Shown: positions 18,156-28,438 of the stretch, piece by piece
How the letters are laid out: each line of letters begins with the position of its first letter
How positions within the stretch are numbered: the first letter of the stretch is position 1
Assembly (NCBI GenBank): GCA_041391765.1
Contig: JAWKNJ010000028.1
Location: forward strand, 10,874 to 74,873
Source of the DNA: Flavobacteriales bacterium
Lineage (GTDB): Bacteria; Bacteroidota; Bacteroidia; Flavobacteriales_G; Salibacteraceae
Length of the DNA: 64,000 nt
Reading direction: 5' to 3'
Position numbers and translations under genes: made by a program
Notes under the pieces: generated by a model
Database searches by the model: none
Told to the model about the DNA's origin: nothing
What the model saw: only the letters and a program-made list of their open reading frames with translations

Positions 18156-20852
18156 ATGCAGCGGGTATTAACCTGGTTTTTAATCCTCATCATCCTTGGT
18201 GTTGCCTTTGTCACGGGAGCTTATTTTCTGGCGAAGAAATACGAGGAGCCTGTGCGTAATTACATAATATCAGAGGTTAACAAACGACTCAATGCTCCGG
18301 TTCATGTTAGCGACATAAACTTCTCTTTGTTAGAACGCTTTCCATCTGCATCGTTGGTCATGGACAGCGTCTGGGCTGAGGAAAGCTTGGTAAAGATTGG
18401 AAAGGCTGATACGCTGTTGTTTTTCAGGAAGATGTATCTTAATCTCAACATCTTCGACATCTTGGACGGGTCCTATAAAATCAATGAAATTGAGGCACGC
18501 GATGGTTTCATTCACCTGCTGGTAGACGAGAAGGGCTACGATAATTTCCACATTTGGAAAACCAGCGAAGACACCACCGGATTTCTTTTGGAATTGAGTA
18601 GAGTGCACATTGAAAATGGCTGGTTAAGCTACATTAACAAAGCGCGTCAGCAGAACATTCAACTGAAAGCGAATGAACTTTGGTTCAACGGCAGGTTTTC
18701 AGATGATAGCTATACGATGGCCGTGAAAGGTGATGGAGAGGTTTACACACTTTCAATTAAAGGAACTGAGTATCTGAAAAACCGATTTGTTGATGTGGAG
18801 TCTGAGCTCGACATTATAACCGAATCTGAAACCTATGCTTTCAGAAAAGGTGCCTTGGAAATTGACAACGACCTTTCGTTTGACATTAGTGGAAAGTTTG
18901 AAGGCGAAGGCATTGATCTGAAAATTGCAGGCCAAGATCTAGACATCATTCGTTCGCTTTCGCTCATTCCCGCTGAAAGCATTCAATGGCTCGATGAATA
19001 CAGTAGTTCCGGTGTAGTCGACTTCGAATGCACCTTAAAAGGTGCATTCGGGAAAACTAACAACCCCGAATTGATAATGAAATTTCAGTTGGAAGACGGA
19101 GCGATTTCCAAGCGGGGTTCAAACTGGAAGTTGAGTAACTTGAGTGGTTCCGGAGTATTGGAAAATGGTTCAAAACGCAATGCTCAAACCACTTTGCTTC
19201 ATCTAGACCGATTGAAAGGAGCGCTGAATGGCGACACCTTTTCCACGGTTCTTTCCGTATTAAATTTTGAGCAGCCAACCATTGAAAGTCATTTGCGGTT
19301 GAGCACCAGCATTGAGGGACTCGATGACTTCTTTAATATTGAATTGATTGAAAAGGGTTCGGGTCGGGTGGAAGTTGACGCTACTATCAAAACAACACTG
19401 CTAAACCCGACCGATGCAGGCGCTCGAGACTTTCTCAATTCACGTGCTAGCGGGGTGGTTCGTTTAGCCAACACCGAGCTGAAACTCATGAATGACGATC
19501 GCCTCTACAGGGTGGATTCGTCAGAGTTTCAGATCCAAAACAACGCACTGATCATTCATAGCTACCACGGAAAGATCAATGACTGCACGGTTGATCTGAC
19601 AGGAAAGGCCGAAAACTTCCTCGACTATTTCTTCACCGAGAACGGACACCTAAACGTGAATGGGAAAATCGTTGTGGGTGATCTCGATTTGGAAGCATTG
19701 TTCCCAAGCCGAGGTGATGAAAGCAAGGCAGGAAGTGTGGTCATAGCATTCCCTGAAAAAGCATCATGGAATCTTGAAATCATTGCTAAATCGTTCATCA
19801 ATGGAAAGTTTCGAGCGGATGAAGTCAGTGGTCTTTTGGTGATGAATAAATTCAAGGTGGAAGCGAATTCACTTCACTTTTTGAGTCAGGATGGAAATGT
19901 AACCGGCAAGGCCGGATTGTATCGATTTGCCGATAATCAATTCGGATTGAAAACTGAATTCAGAGCGTTGAATATTGACGTGAAAACCCTGTTTCATACG
20001 TTCAATGAATTCGATCAAAAGTTTGTGACAAGCGAGCATCTAAGTGGACGTGCTGATGCAGAAGTTCAGCTTCAGGCGCTTTGTGATTCCGTACTTTCTA
20101 TAAACACTGAGACCATAATCGCCACGGCAGACGTGTTAGTTCGAAATGGCGCTTTAATCGGACTGGATCCGCTAATTTCCATCGCGGATGAAATCAGAAA
20201 AAAACCCATGCTGCGATTGTTCGTTTCAACGGAAGAACTCAAAAAAAGGCTAGAAAACGTTCAGTTTGCCGAGCTCAGAAATCAGATCAGTATTCGAAAT
20301 TCGGTGGTTACCATTCCTCAAATGGAAATCAAATCATCAGCCTTGGATTTGAACATTTCTGGAACTCACACATTCAATAATCACATCGACTATGCGATGG
20401 ATTTTGCGTTGAGCGAGCTGCTCGAATTGAAGGATAGAAAAGAGCCATACAACGAATACGTGCAACGAGATAAGAGCGGAAAAACCAGAATGTACCTCAC
20501 CATAAAAGGTACCACTGATGATTTTAAGGTTGAATTGCAAAAGACCAACGTTCGATCTACGCTCAAGGACAATATGACTTTGGAGAAGAATGCAGTCAAG
20601 GGTTTGTTGAAACAAGAGTTCAGGATTTTCTCAGGTGATAGCAATGCAGTTTATGAAGAGCCCGAATCTGAAGAATTGGAATTTGAATTCGATCCCGAGG
20701 CTGGAACATCTGTTGACGTAAGCAAGCCAGCTAAGAGTGATTCCATAAAGGCGCCAGTCAAAGACAAGAACGTTCTAAATCGAATCATCAAGAAAACCGA
20801 AAGCGATAAAAAGAAGCTGCGCGAGGGCGATTTTGACGATGATGATTTCTAG
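18156..20852 (+). CDS. AsmA-family envelope protein
   Basis: 898 aa with an N-terminal membrane anchor (VLTWFLILIILGVAFVTGAYFL), a long beta-rich body and an acidic tail. Resembles AsmA/TamB-like proteins. Confidence 0.7.
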   Translation: MQRVLTWFLILIILGVAFVTGAYFLAKKYEEPVRNYIISEVNKRLNAPVHVSDINFSLLERFPSASLVMDSVWAEESLVKIGKADTLLFFRKMYLNLNIFDILDGSYKINEIEARDGFIHLLVDEKGYDNFHIWKTSEDTTGFLLELSRVHIENGWLSYINKARQQNIQLKANELWFNGRFSDDSYTMAVKGDGEVYTLSIKGTEYLKNRFVDVESELDIITESETYAFRKGALEIDNDLSFDISGKFEGEGIDLKIAGQDLDIIRSLSLIPAESIQWLDEYSSSGVVDFECTLKGAFGKTNNPELIMKFQLEDGAISKRGSNWKLSNLSGSGVLENGSKRNAQTTLLHLDRLKGALNGDTFSTVLSVLNFEQPTIESHLRLSTSIEGLDDFFNIELIEKGSGRVEVDATIKTTLLNPTDAGARDFLNSRASGVVRLANTELKLMNDDRLYRVDSSEFQIQNNALIIHSYHGKINDCTVDLTGKAENFLDYFFTENGHLNVNGKIVVGDLDLEALFPSRGDESKAGSVVIAFPEKASWNLEIIAKSFINGKFRADEVSGLLVMNKFKVEANSLHFLSQDGNVTGKAGLYRFADNQFGLKTEFRALNIDVKTLFHTFNEFDQKFVTSEHLSGRADAEVQLQALCDSVLSINTETIIATADVLVRNGALIGLDPLISIADEIRKKPMLRLFVSTEELKKRLENVQFAELRNQISIRNSVVTIPQMEIKSSALDLNISGTHTFNNHIDYAMDFALSELLELKDRKEPYNEYVQRDKSGKTRMYLTIKGTTDDFKVELQKTNVRSTLKDNMTLEKNAVKGLLKQEFRIFSGDSNAVYEEPESEELEFEFDPEAGTSVDVSKPAKSDSIKAPVKDKNVLNRIIKKTESDKKKLREGDFDDDDF

Positions 20853-20919
20853 CAATTCTCTGCTGAGCTCACCACATTGTCTGATTGATTAGCGAATTCG
20901 ACATCTTCGTATCGAAGAA

Positions 20920-22434
20920 GTGGCGCGAACATTCAACATATATTCTCAAAAACAACGCTGGAAACTCGTGCTATTCGCTTTGGCGTTAGTCATTGTAGGT
21001 GTCTCTTTGGCCTACACTGAATCATTAGTGGATAAGATTGCACAAGAAGAGCGAACCAAGGTTGAGATATGGGCAAATGCAGTGCAGAAGCGTTCTGCAT
21101 TGGTGCAGTACACAAGCCGTTTATTTCAAAAGCTTCAAGAGGGTGAACGAAACAAAGTGGAACTCTATTTGGAAGCAACACGCTACCTCGCCCGACCTGA
21201 TATCACCGAAGTGAGTTTTGCATTGAATGTTCTGCATGAAAACACAACGGTCCCGGTCATTCTAACCAATGAGCGAGGGGAGATTACTTCGCACCGGAAC
21301 ATTGAAGTACCGGAAGGCGAGGAAGAAAATGTTTGGCTTAAAGGACAATTAAAAGACATGGCGGATCAATACGATCCGATAGAGATTGTTTACTACGGTA
21401 ATAATCGAGTTTACCTGTATTACAAGGATTCCAAGTTGTTCAGTGAATTGAAAAGCACTTTCGCTGACCTTCAGCAATCTTTCATCAGTGATTTGATCCT
21501 AAATGCAGCCTCTAGTCCGCTGGTACTGCTTGATGCCTCGGATAGGACGGTAATTGAAAGCAGCAATATCGATTCTCTCACCTTAAAAAAGGCGGATCAA
21601 CTTTCATCAAAGTTGGAATCGATGGCGGCCCAGCACGAACCAATTTCAGTGGAAATTAATGGCAAAGAGGCCTTGGTTTACTACGAAGACTCGTTCTTAC
21701 TTACTCAGCTGAAGTACTATCCTTTGGCTCAGCTGGGAGTGATTGGTCTGTTCGTCATGATCGCCTATCTGCTCTTCAGCACAGCTCGAAAAGCTGAGCA
21801 AAATCAAGTATGGGTGGGAATGAGTAAGGAAACAGCCCATCAGCTTGGCACCCCACTTTCATCAATGATTGGCTGGATCGAATTGCTAAAGGACAAAGAA
21901 GAAACTCAGCAAATCGGGACTGAATTGGAAAAAGACGTTTCGCGATTGCAGGTTGTAACCGAACGATTTAGCAAAATTGGTTCCCAGCCGGAATTGAAAA
22001 AACAAAACTTGATTCCTGTGCTTAGCGGAGCTGTCGAGTATTTCCGTCACCGAACCGGAAAAAATGTCCTGTTTGAGACATCATTTCCTGATCACGTGGT
22101 CGAAGTCATGCTCAATGAGTCCTTGTTTGAATGGGTCATCGAGAATTTGATCAAAAATGCCTTGGACGCTATGGAAGGAAAGGGACGCATAGCTATCGAA
22201 GTAACGGATCAGGAACATCGCGTCTTGATCGATGTCACTGACACCGGAAAGGGTATAACCCCTAGTAAATTCAAAGCTGTTTTCAATCCAGGGTTCACAA
22301 CTAAAAAGCGAGGTTGGGGTTTAGGACTTTCGCTTTCAAAGCGCATCGTGAAGGACTATCACCACGGTAAAATCTATGTGTTGAGGTCGGAACCAAATCA
22401 AGGAACCACCTTTAGGATTTCACTTAAGAAATAA
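20920..22434 (+). CDS. Sensor histidine kinase
   Basis: Two transmembrane segments flank a ~250-aa extracytoplasmic region. H-box ETAHQLGTPLSSMIGWIELL, N-box NLIKNALDAM, G-boxes DTGKGI and GWGLGLSLS. GTG start. Confidence 0.85.
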   Translation: MARTFNIYSQKQRWKLVLFALALVIVGVSLAYTESLVDKIAQEERTKVEIWANAVQKRSALVQYTSRLFQKLQEGERNKVELYLEATRYLARPDITEVSFALNVLHENTTVPVILTNERGEITSHRNIEVPEGEEENVWLKGQLKDMADQYDPIEIVYYGNNRVYLYYKDSKLFSELKSTFADLQQSFISDLILNAASSPLVLLDASDRTVIESSNIDSLTLKKADQLSSKLESMAAQHEPISVEINGKEALVYYEDSFLLTQLKYYPLAQLGVIGLFVMIAYLLFSTARKAEQNQVWVGMSKETAHQLGTPLSSMIGWIELLKDKEETQQIGTELEKDVSRLQVVTERFSKIGSQPELKKQNLIPVLSGAVEYFRHRTGKNVLFETSFPDHVVEVMLNESLFEWVIENLIKNALDAMEGKGRIAIEVTDQEHRVLIDVTDTGKGITPSKFKAVFNPGFTTKKRGWGLGLSLSKRIVKDYHHGKIYVLRSEPNQGTTFRISLKK

Positions 22435-22499
22435 TTGAGATTCGTTTTGGTTTGTTGGAGACAGTGCTCGGAATTATCATTGAACTAAATTGACACGCT

Positions 22500-23168
22500 A
22501 TGGCATGGTTTACTTCTGAATTCGAAGCTTTTTTCAAGGAACTAAAAAACAAAAACGACAAGGAATGGTTCACCAAAAACAAGAAGCGTTTTGAGACCCA
22601 TGTCAAGAAACCATTCGAGAAGTTCGTTGCCGACATGATTCTGCGAATGCAGGCTTATGATCCACAGTGCAAGATCGAGCCAAAGGATGCCATTTTCAGG
22701 ATATATCGAGACGTGAGATTCTCAAACGACAAGACACCATACAAAACTCAAATGACCGCAATCATTGGAAGAGGCGGAAGAAAGGAAATGTCAACGGAAG
22801 GCATGTACATCGAGCTGGGTGAGGGGCACGCAAGAATTTATGGTGGTTCCTACATGCCCGACAAGGATCAGTTACAAGCCATTCGTCAGGAAATCCTTTA
22901 CAATCAGGATGAATTTTCCAAGCTGATCATGGACAAGGATTTCAAGAAATACTTCGGTGAAATTCGTGGAGAACAAAACAAGCGATTGCCTGCAGAGTTC
23001 GCGGAAATTCAGGGCAAACAACCGTTGATTGCGAACAAACAGTTTTACTACTTCTCAGAAATAGATCCGAAAATGATCACCAGCGACAAGCTGATTGACG
23101 AATACTATAAGCGATATGAAGTCAGCGCTGCCGTTCGGAAGTTTCTTATCACTCCTCTTTCAGACTAG
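22500..23168 (+). CDS. DUF2461 (TIGR02453) family protein
   Basis: FFKELKNKNDKEWFTKNKKRFE and IFRIYRDVRFSNDKTPYKT are characteristic of this family. Confidence 0.8.
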   Translation: MAWFTSEFEAFFKELKNKNDKEWFTKNKKRFETHVKKPFEKFVADMILRMQAYDPQCKIEPKDAIFRIYRDVRFSNDKTPYKTQMTAIIGRGGRKEMSTEGMYIELGEGHARIYGGSYMPDKDQLQAIRQEILYNQDEFSKLIMDKDFKKYFGEIRGEQNKRLPAEFAEIQGKQPLIANKQFYYFSEIDPKMITSDKLIDEYYKRYEVSAAVRKFLITPLSD

Positions 23169-24103
23169 AATTGATACTGAATGCCAAGCGAGAAGACTTC
23201 TTTGAACTGAACCCTAGGGCCTACGGCATCTATGATTCCATCATCGTTATTGTCTACCGCGATCTTGATGTCGTCATCATAAATTAAGTGTGTGCTAATG
23301 CTCGCGCTTAGGTATTCATTAATCTTCATGGCAATCAACGTTTCCCAATTCACGTCAATGTTGCCAACGTTTTCTAGGTAGTTCATGAAGAAGTCTGCCT
23401 TGGTGTTAAGCTGCACATTTTTGACAATCTCTTTGGAGTAGGCAAGCTTCAGGTAAGCCCCCACTTCATAGCGCATCGTCTGTCCTGGTGTGATTAAAGC
23501 ACCTGTGATCGAATCATACTCTGCGGCTTCTACTCCAAACGCTCCCGCATCGGCTAATCGTTGGTTGTCAACGATGGTGATCTTGGCCGTGGCAGGAGAT
23601 AAGTAGGCGCTGAACGCATCGCTTGGTTTGTAGTCAATACCGGTACCGATCAACACATAAGCCGGAGAAAACGGATCGGAGATTAACGGTGAAGGAGAAA
23701 CCGAATAATCGTAACCATTGTCCCACTGGGTTCGGAACGTTCCGAGCACGGCCCAATACATTTTTTTGACAGGAATTTGATATCCGAACTTGGAGTTGAT
23801 TTCAACTCTGTCATCCGTCTTTTGCAGTTGGCCGACTTTGCCTAATCGAGTAAGTCCATAGGCCGCGTCAAATGTGTTGTCCCAAGAAATCTTGTCTTTG
23901 GAATAATTGGCGAATAAATTCAAAATCACGGTTCCGTTGATCGCATTTTGACCCCCACCTTGCCAGTTGTCAAGATAGGTTTGCGAAAAGTTTAGTCCTG
24001 CAATTCCGCCACGTTTCCAAGGGCCTTCATTTGCTGTGGAGTCTTGACTAAAAGCGCAATGCGCTGTGCTCGAAATAATCAGTAGGGTAAGTAATCGTTT
24101 CAT
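23165..24103 (-). CDS. DUF3078-family outer-membrane beta-barrel protein
   Basis: Signal peptide, GIAGLNFSQTYLDNWQGGGQNAI and a C-terminal Phe (GIQYQF). Confidence 0.7.
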   Translation of the reverse strand: MKRLLTLLIISSTAHCAFSQDSTANEGPWKRGGIAGLNFSQTYLDNWQGGGQNAINGTVILNLFANYSKDKISWDNTFDAAYGLTRLGKVGQLQKTDDRVEINSKFGYQIPVKKMYWAVLGTFRTQWDNGYDYSVSPSPLISDPFSPAYVLIGTGIDYKPSDAFSAYLSPATAKITIVDNQRLADAGAFGVEAAEYDSITGALITPGQTMRYEVGAYLKLAYSKEIVKNVQLNTKADFFMNYLENVGNIDVNWETLIAMKINEYLSASISTHLIYDDDIKIAVDNNDDGIIDAVGPRVQFKEVFSLGIQYQF

Positions 24104-24117
24104 CTCTGTATCCGTAT

Positions 24118-24879
24118 TTATTTTGATTTGAAAGCGTTGATTGCATCACGAGTAAAATCAGAAAGCACAAGTCGTCCACTGATCTTCGCACGATCGACAA
24201 GGAGTTGATCCCAATGTTCTGTGCCTTGCCAAAATACCCCTTTTAGTTCAGCCATTGCTTCCGGGCTATATTTTTCAATCCGTGCTATGAATGTGTTGAT
24301 GGCGGCATCCATTTCATCAGTAGTTGCATAGGTTTCCGTGTACAATCCTCTTTCCCTTGCCCATTCCGCGGTCGCCATTCACTGGGCATCAACCAATTCA
24401 GTGAATGCTGCCTTGCCCATTTTTCGTTCAACTGCCGGACCAACCACGAAGGGCCCAATACCTATGGCTAATTCTGAAAGTTTAATAAAGGCAAACTTGG
24501 TTGCGAAACAGTAATCGACAGCACTCGCAACACCAACACCTCCGCCCACGGCTTTGCCCTGAACACGACCAATGACAAATTTTGGGCATGTGCGAATCGC
24601 ATTAATCACCTTGGCGAATCCGCTGAAAAACTCCAACCCTTCTTCATCACTCTTAATCGCCACCAGTTCATCAAAGCTCGCTCCTGCGCAAAAAGCCCGA
24701 TCACCGGCAGACTGAAGTAGAATGCATGTTGATACAGGGCTTTGACCGGCTTTAGTGATTTGATTGGCCAGTTCATTCAAAATGTGGCCAGGTAATGAAT
24801 TGCTCTGAGGGTGAAAAAATTCAATGACATGACAGCGATTTCTGAGATCTGATTTGACGTAGGCTTCGCTCATTTTCAA
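24118..24879 (-). pseudogene. Enoyl-CoA hydratase/isomerase (crotonase) family gene interrupted by one in-frame TGA
   Basis: The 166-aa ORF (RAFCAGASFDEL, GKAVGGGVGVASAVD) and the 86-aa ORF are contiguous and in the same frame: ...FTELVDAQ-TGA-MATAEWARERGLY... Combined length is 253 aa, normal for the family. Confidence 0.75.
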
Positions 24880-24997
24880 AATTTTGGCAAAGAAAAGATT
24901 TAAGGCAAATTACCAACTCATTGAGCTAACAACCTATTGATAATACTTTCAAATTATTGCGACCACGGCTTATCCGATGCAGTATAGATTTGAAGCC

Positions 24998-26617
24998 ATG
25001 AAAAAGATCATCATAGCCGGTGGGGCTATGCTTTTGTCCATGGTGGCCGTATCACAGAAGGAAACTGTAAAACAACCTTCAATTAAATTGGAGCACTATG
25101 TTGAATACCTTGACACGGGACATACTCGAGTGTTCCGTGAGGGGGACATGCTTTATGGCCAAAAGCAAGGAACATGGAATTACTATTATCAGAATGGTCA
25201 AAAGCAGGAAGAGTCTAATTGGACCAACGGGAAACTGAATGGAAGTGTAACCTATTGGTATGAAAGTGGCCAGCGTCAATCCAAAGGTTATTTCAGATTG
25301 GTCTTTCAGGAAGGATTGCTGTTTTCACTACGCGACAGTGTTTTTGAGGAGTGGTATCCAAATGGAAACCTCAAACGAACCGGAAGCTACGTATACGATG
25401 TAAAAAATGGGCTTTGGAAATACTGGTTTCCGAACGGTGAAAAATGGAAGGAGATTTTCTATGTAAATGGACTTGAAAAGCCAGGAAGTGCTTACGATAT
25501 GGACGGCAAGCAATGTTTGAAAAAAGGTAGCGGTGTGTTGTATGACTACTACGACAATGGAACATTGCAATCAATGCGAACTGTTAGTGATTCAGTTTTT
25601 AATGGATTGGCCGAATACTATTTCGAATCTGGAGCTAAGGAAAGCGAAGGCTCGCTCAAATACAATATCCAACACGGGTTGTGGCATTTTTACTACGATT
25701 CAAAAGAGGTTTGGAAAGACATCAATTATGACATGGGCGAGTTGGACGGTCCCTACAAGAATTGGTACAAGAATGGTAAGCTGAGCGTGGAAGGGGCGTA
25801 TGACCATGGGGAGAAAACCGGACATTGGGTTTGGTATAACAGCACCGGCAAAACCTACATGGAAGGTGAATTTGTGAAGGGCCAGCAACACGGGGTGTGG
25901 ACCTATTATTTTGAGAACGGACAAATCGAATCTACCGGCAAATTTGAGAAGGACAAGAGGGAGGGAGAATGGAACATGTACTATAAGAATGGTGCGAAGT
26001 GGAAGGTTGGTGAATACAAAAACGACCTGAAGGATGGCCACTGGGTCTATTATTTTGAGACCGGAAAAACGCTGCAGGAGGGCGACTTCAAGGAAGGTAA
26101 AGAGAACGGACTTTGGGCTTCATGGTATGAGAACGGACAGAAAAAAGACGAAGGGACTTTTGCTATGGGGATCATGGACGGTAAGTGGGAAGGATGGTTT
26201 GACAATGGAAAAATGAACTATTCTGGAGTAAGAAAGACAGGGGAAAAGGACGGTGAATGGAAGTTTGGTTACCGAAATGGAAAACCGAGAGAAGAGGGTC
26301 CGTATTTGAACGGTCAGAAGAATGGTAAATGGAAATATTACTTGGAATCAGGAAATCTGGATTATGAGTGTTCTTATAAAAACGGTGCGAAGGATGGTAA
26401 GTGCACCTATTATTACCCTCATGGCTCCAAAATGAGAGAAGAATCCTATAAAATGGACAGACCGGATGGAGTGAGCAAAATGTGGAACCAAAGCAACAAC
26501 CTCATCAGCACAAGAACATATGAGAATGGTGTCTTGGACGGGAAATCGGTCAACTATGATGAAAGCGGGAAGCCTACAAGTGTGATGATTTATAAAAATG
26601 GTGTCAAGGTGAACTAA
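24998..26617 (+). CDS. MORN-variant repeat protein (YwqK-like repeats)
   Basis: Signal peptide MKKIIIAGGAMLLSMVAVSQ, then many copies of the G-W-x-YY-x-NGQ unit (GTWNYYYQNGQKQEE, GVWTYYFENGQIESTG, GHWVYYFETGKTLQEG...). Confidence 0.75.
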   Translation: MKKIIIAGGAMLLSMVAVSQKETVKQPSIKLEHYVEYLDTGHTRVFREGDMLYGQKQGTWNYYYQNGQKQEESNWTNGKLNGSVTYWYESGQRQSKGYFRLVFQEGLLFSLRDSVFEEWYPNGNLKRTGSYVYDVKNGLWKYWFPNGEKWKEIFYVNGLEKPGSAYDMDGKQCLKKGSGVLYDYYDNGTLQSMRTVSDSVFNGLAEYYFESGAKESEGSLKYNIQHGLWHFYYDSKEVWKDINYDMGELDGPYKNWYKNGKLSVEGAYDHGEKTGHWVWYNSTGKTYMEGEFVKGQQHGVWTYYFENGQIESTGKFEKDKREGEWNMYYKNGAKWKVGEYKNDLKDGHWVYYFETGKTLQEGDFKEGKENGLWASWYENGQKKDEGTFAMGIMDGKWEGWFDNGKMNYSGVRKTGEKDGEWKFGYRNGKPREEGPYLNGQKNGKWKYYLESGNLDYECSYKNGAKDGKCTYYYPHGSKMREESYKMDRPDGVSKMWNQSNNLISTRTYENGVLDGKSVNYDESGKPTSVMIYKNGVKVN

Positions 26618-26632
26618 CTTGGGATCTAATTA

Positions 26633-26640
26633 TATATTTG
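26633..26640 (+). promoter_or_regulatory. -7 promoter box TATATTTG upstream of rimP
   Basis: Matches TAnnTTTG. The 11-mer TATATATTTGC is identical to the one upstream of gcvH. Confidence 0.4.
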
Positions 26641-26661
26641 CAGCCGAAATAAAAGATGTGT

Positions 26662-26687
26662 GAGGGGAGAATATCCCCTCTTTTTTT
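26662..26687 (+). terminator. Intrinsic terminator hairpin plus T7 run (terminator of the upstream gene and/or leader attenuator of rimP-nusA-infB)
   Basis: GAGGGG-agaatat-CCCCTC followed by TTTTTTT. Ends 12 nt before the rimP ATG. Confidence 0.7.
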
Positions 26688-26699
26688 GGAAGAAATTGG

Positions 26700-27146
26700 A
26701 TGATTTCAGTTGACCAAATAGAACGATTGGTGCAGGAAAAGCTTGGCGAGGGAACTTTGTTTCTGGTTCAAGTCAAAGTCAATCCAGGCAACAAAATTGT
26801 CATCGAAATTGATGGTGATTCAGGAGTTGGGATTGACGACTGTGTAGCTGTAAGTCGTCAGGTGGAGTCAAATCTCGATCGTGAGGTTGAAGATTTTGAA
26901 TTGCCGGTGACATCAGCTGGTCTTGGTCAGCCATTCAAGGTAGAACGACAGTATCATAAGAATGTCGGTCGCGAAGTTGATTTGAGATTGTCGGATGGAA
27001 GCGAGAAACGAGGTCACATTGTGAAAGTGAATGGTGGGTTGACCATCAAGCTTCCGGCTCAAAAGAAAAAGCAACTCCCGGAGCGAGAGGAAACTTATGC
27101 CTGGGATCAAATAAAAGAATGCAAGGTTAGAATATCATTTAAGTAA
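26700..27146 (+). CDS. rimP: Ribosome maturation factor RimP
   Basis: 148 aa immediately upstream of nusA. N-terminal LFLVQVKVNPGNKIVIEIDGDSGVGIDDCVAVSR is typical of RimP. Confidence 0.9.
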   Translation: MISVDQIERLVQEKLGEGTLFLVQVKVNPGNKIVIEIDGDSGVGIDDCVAVSRQVESNLDREVEDFELPVTSAGLGQPFKVERQYHKNVGREVDLRLSDGSEKRGHIVKVNGGLTIKLPAQKKKQLPEREETYAWDQIKECKVRISFK

Positions 27147-27159
27147 TAACTGTTTCGCT

Positions 27160-28395
27160 ATGAACGCAGATGAATTAATTGAATCGTTTCAGGATTTTAA
27201 AGACTTTAAAAACATTGATCGTGTTACGATGATGCACATTTTAGAAGATGTGATTCGTGGAATGATCTTAAAAGAATTTGAAGACGATACCAACTTCGAC
27301 ATCATTATCAACCCTGATAAAGGTGACTTGGAAATTTGGAGAAACCGAATGATTGTCGAAGATGGCGCGGTGGAGGACGACCTGACTGAAATTGCTTACA
27401 GCGAGGCTATCAAGCTAGAGCCCGACTTTGAGGTTGGTGAGGAAGCTTCAGAAGAATTGAAGATTGAAAACTTCGGCAGGAGAGCGATTCTTAGCATGCG
27501 CCAGAACTTGGTGGCTAAGATTCAGGAACTTGAAAAGGATAGTATTTATAGGAAGTATAAGGATCGCGTTGGTGATATCATAACCGGTGAAGTCTATCAG
27601 ATTTGGAAGCGAGAAATTTTGGTTTTGGATGATGAAGGCAATGAGTTGGTGCTTCCAAAGTCAGAGCAAATTCCAACGGATTACTTCAAGAAAGGAGATA
27701 CAGTTCGAGCTGTTGTGAGCAAGGTGGATATGAAAAATGCTAACCCTGTGATCATTCTTTCAAGAACATCACCAGCTTTCTTAGAACGATTGTTTGAAAT
27801 GGAAGTTCCTGAGATATTTGATGGACTCATCACGATCAAAAAGATCGTGCGTGAACCTGGAGAGAGAGCAAAAGTGGCTGTTGAGTCATATGATGATCGT
27901 ATTGATCCGGTTGGAGCATGTGTGGGTATGAAGGGATCGCGTATTCACGGAATCGTTCGTGAATTACGTAACGAGAATATTGACGTGATTAACTACACAA
28001 ATAATCCTACACTTTTCATTCAAAGAGCTTTGAGCCCTGCAAAAATCACTACCATAAAATTGGATGATGAAACTGGCCATGCTAGTGTTTACTTGAAGCC
28101 GGATCAGGTTTCATTGGCAATCGGGAAGGGCGGTCATAACATCAAATTGGCCGGTAAACTAACCGGTTATGAAATCGATGTGTTCCGTGAATCTGATGAT
28201 GACTTCGAAGATGTTGACTTGGAAGAATTTGCAGATGAAATTGATCACTGGATTATTGATGAATTGAAAGCAATTGGTTGTGACACCGCAAAAAGTGTTA
28301 TCGAAATCGGAGCTGCTGATTTGGTGAAGCGAACCGATTTGGAAGAAGAAACCATCGCAGAAATTTTGGAAATATTGAAGTCGGAGTTTGAGTAA
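27160..28395 (+). CDS. nusA: Transcription termination/antitermination factor NusA
   Basis: S1 domain GDIITGEVYQIWKREILVLDD, KH domains GACVGMKGSRIHGIVREL and LAIGKGGHNIKLAGKLTGYEIDV. Confidence 0.97.
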   Translation: MNADELIESFQDFKDFKNIDRVTMMHILEDVIRGMILKEFEDDTNFDIIINPDKGDLEIWRNRMIVEDGAVEDDLTEIAYSEAIKLEPDFEVGEEASEELKIENFGRRAILSMRQNLVAKIQELEKDSIYRKYKDRVGDIITGEVYQIWKREILVLDDEGNELVLPKSEQIPTDYFKKGDTVRAVVSKVDMKNANPVIILSRTSPAFLERLFEMEVPEIFDGLITIKKIVREPGERAKVAVESYDDRIDPVGACVGMKGSRIHGIVRELRNENIDVINYTNNPTLFIQRALSPAKITTIKLDDETGHASVYLKPDQVSLAIGKGGHNIKLAGKLTGYEIDVFRESDDDFEDVDLEEFADEIDHWIIDELKAIGCDTAKSVIEIGAADLVKRTDLEEETIAEILEILKSEFE

Positions 28396-28438
28396 ACTCA
28401 CTTAGTTTTAGATTTTAACGAGATTCGCAGTCGTATTT

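Noticed and set aside
24379-24381. TGA read as a sense codon (alternative genetic code or selenocysteine)
   Set aside because: TGA clearly terminates other genes in the window, for example the 207-962 gene, maeB and ruvA. Crotonases are not known selenoproteins, and I see no convincing SECIS-like hairpin just downstream. A nonsense mutation or base-call error is simpler.
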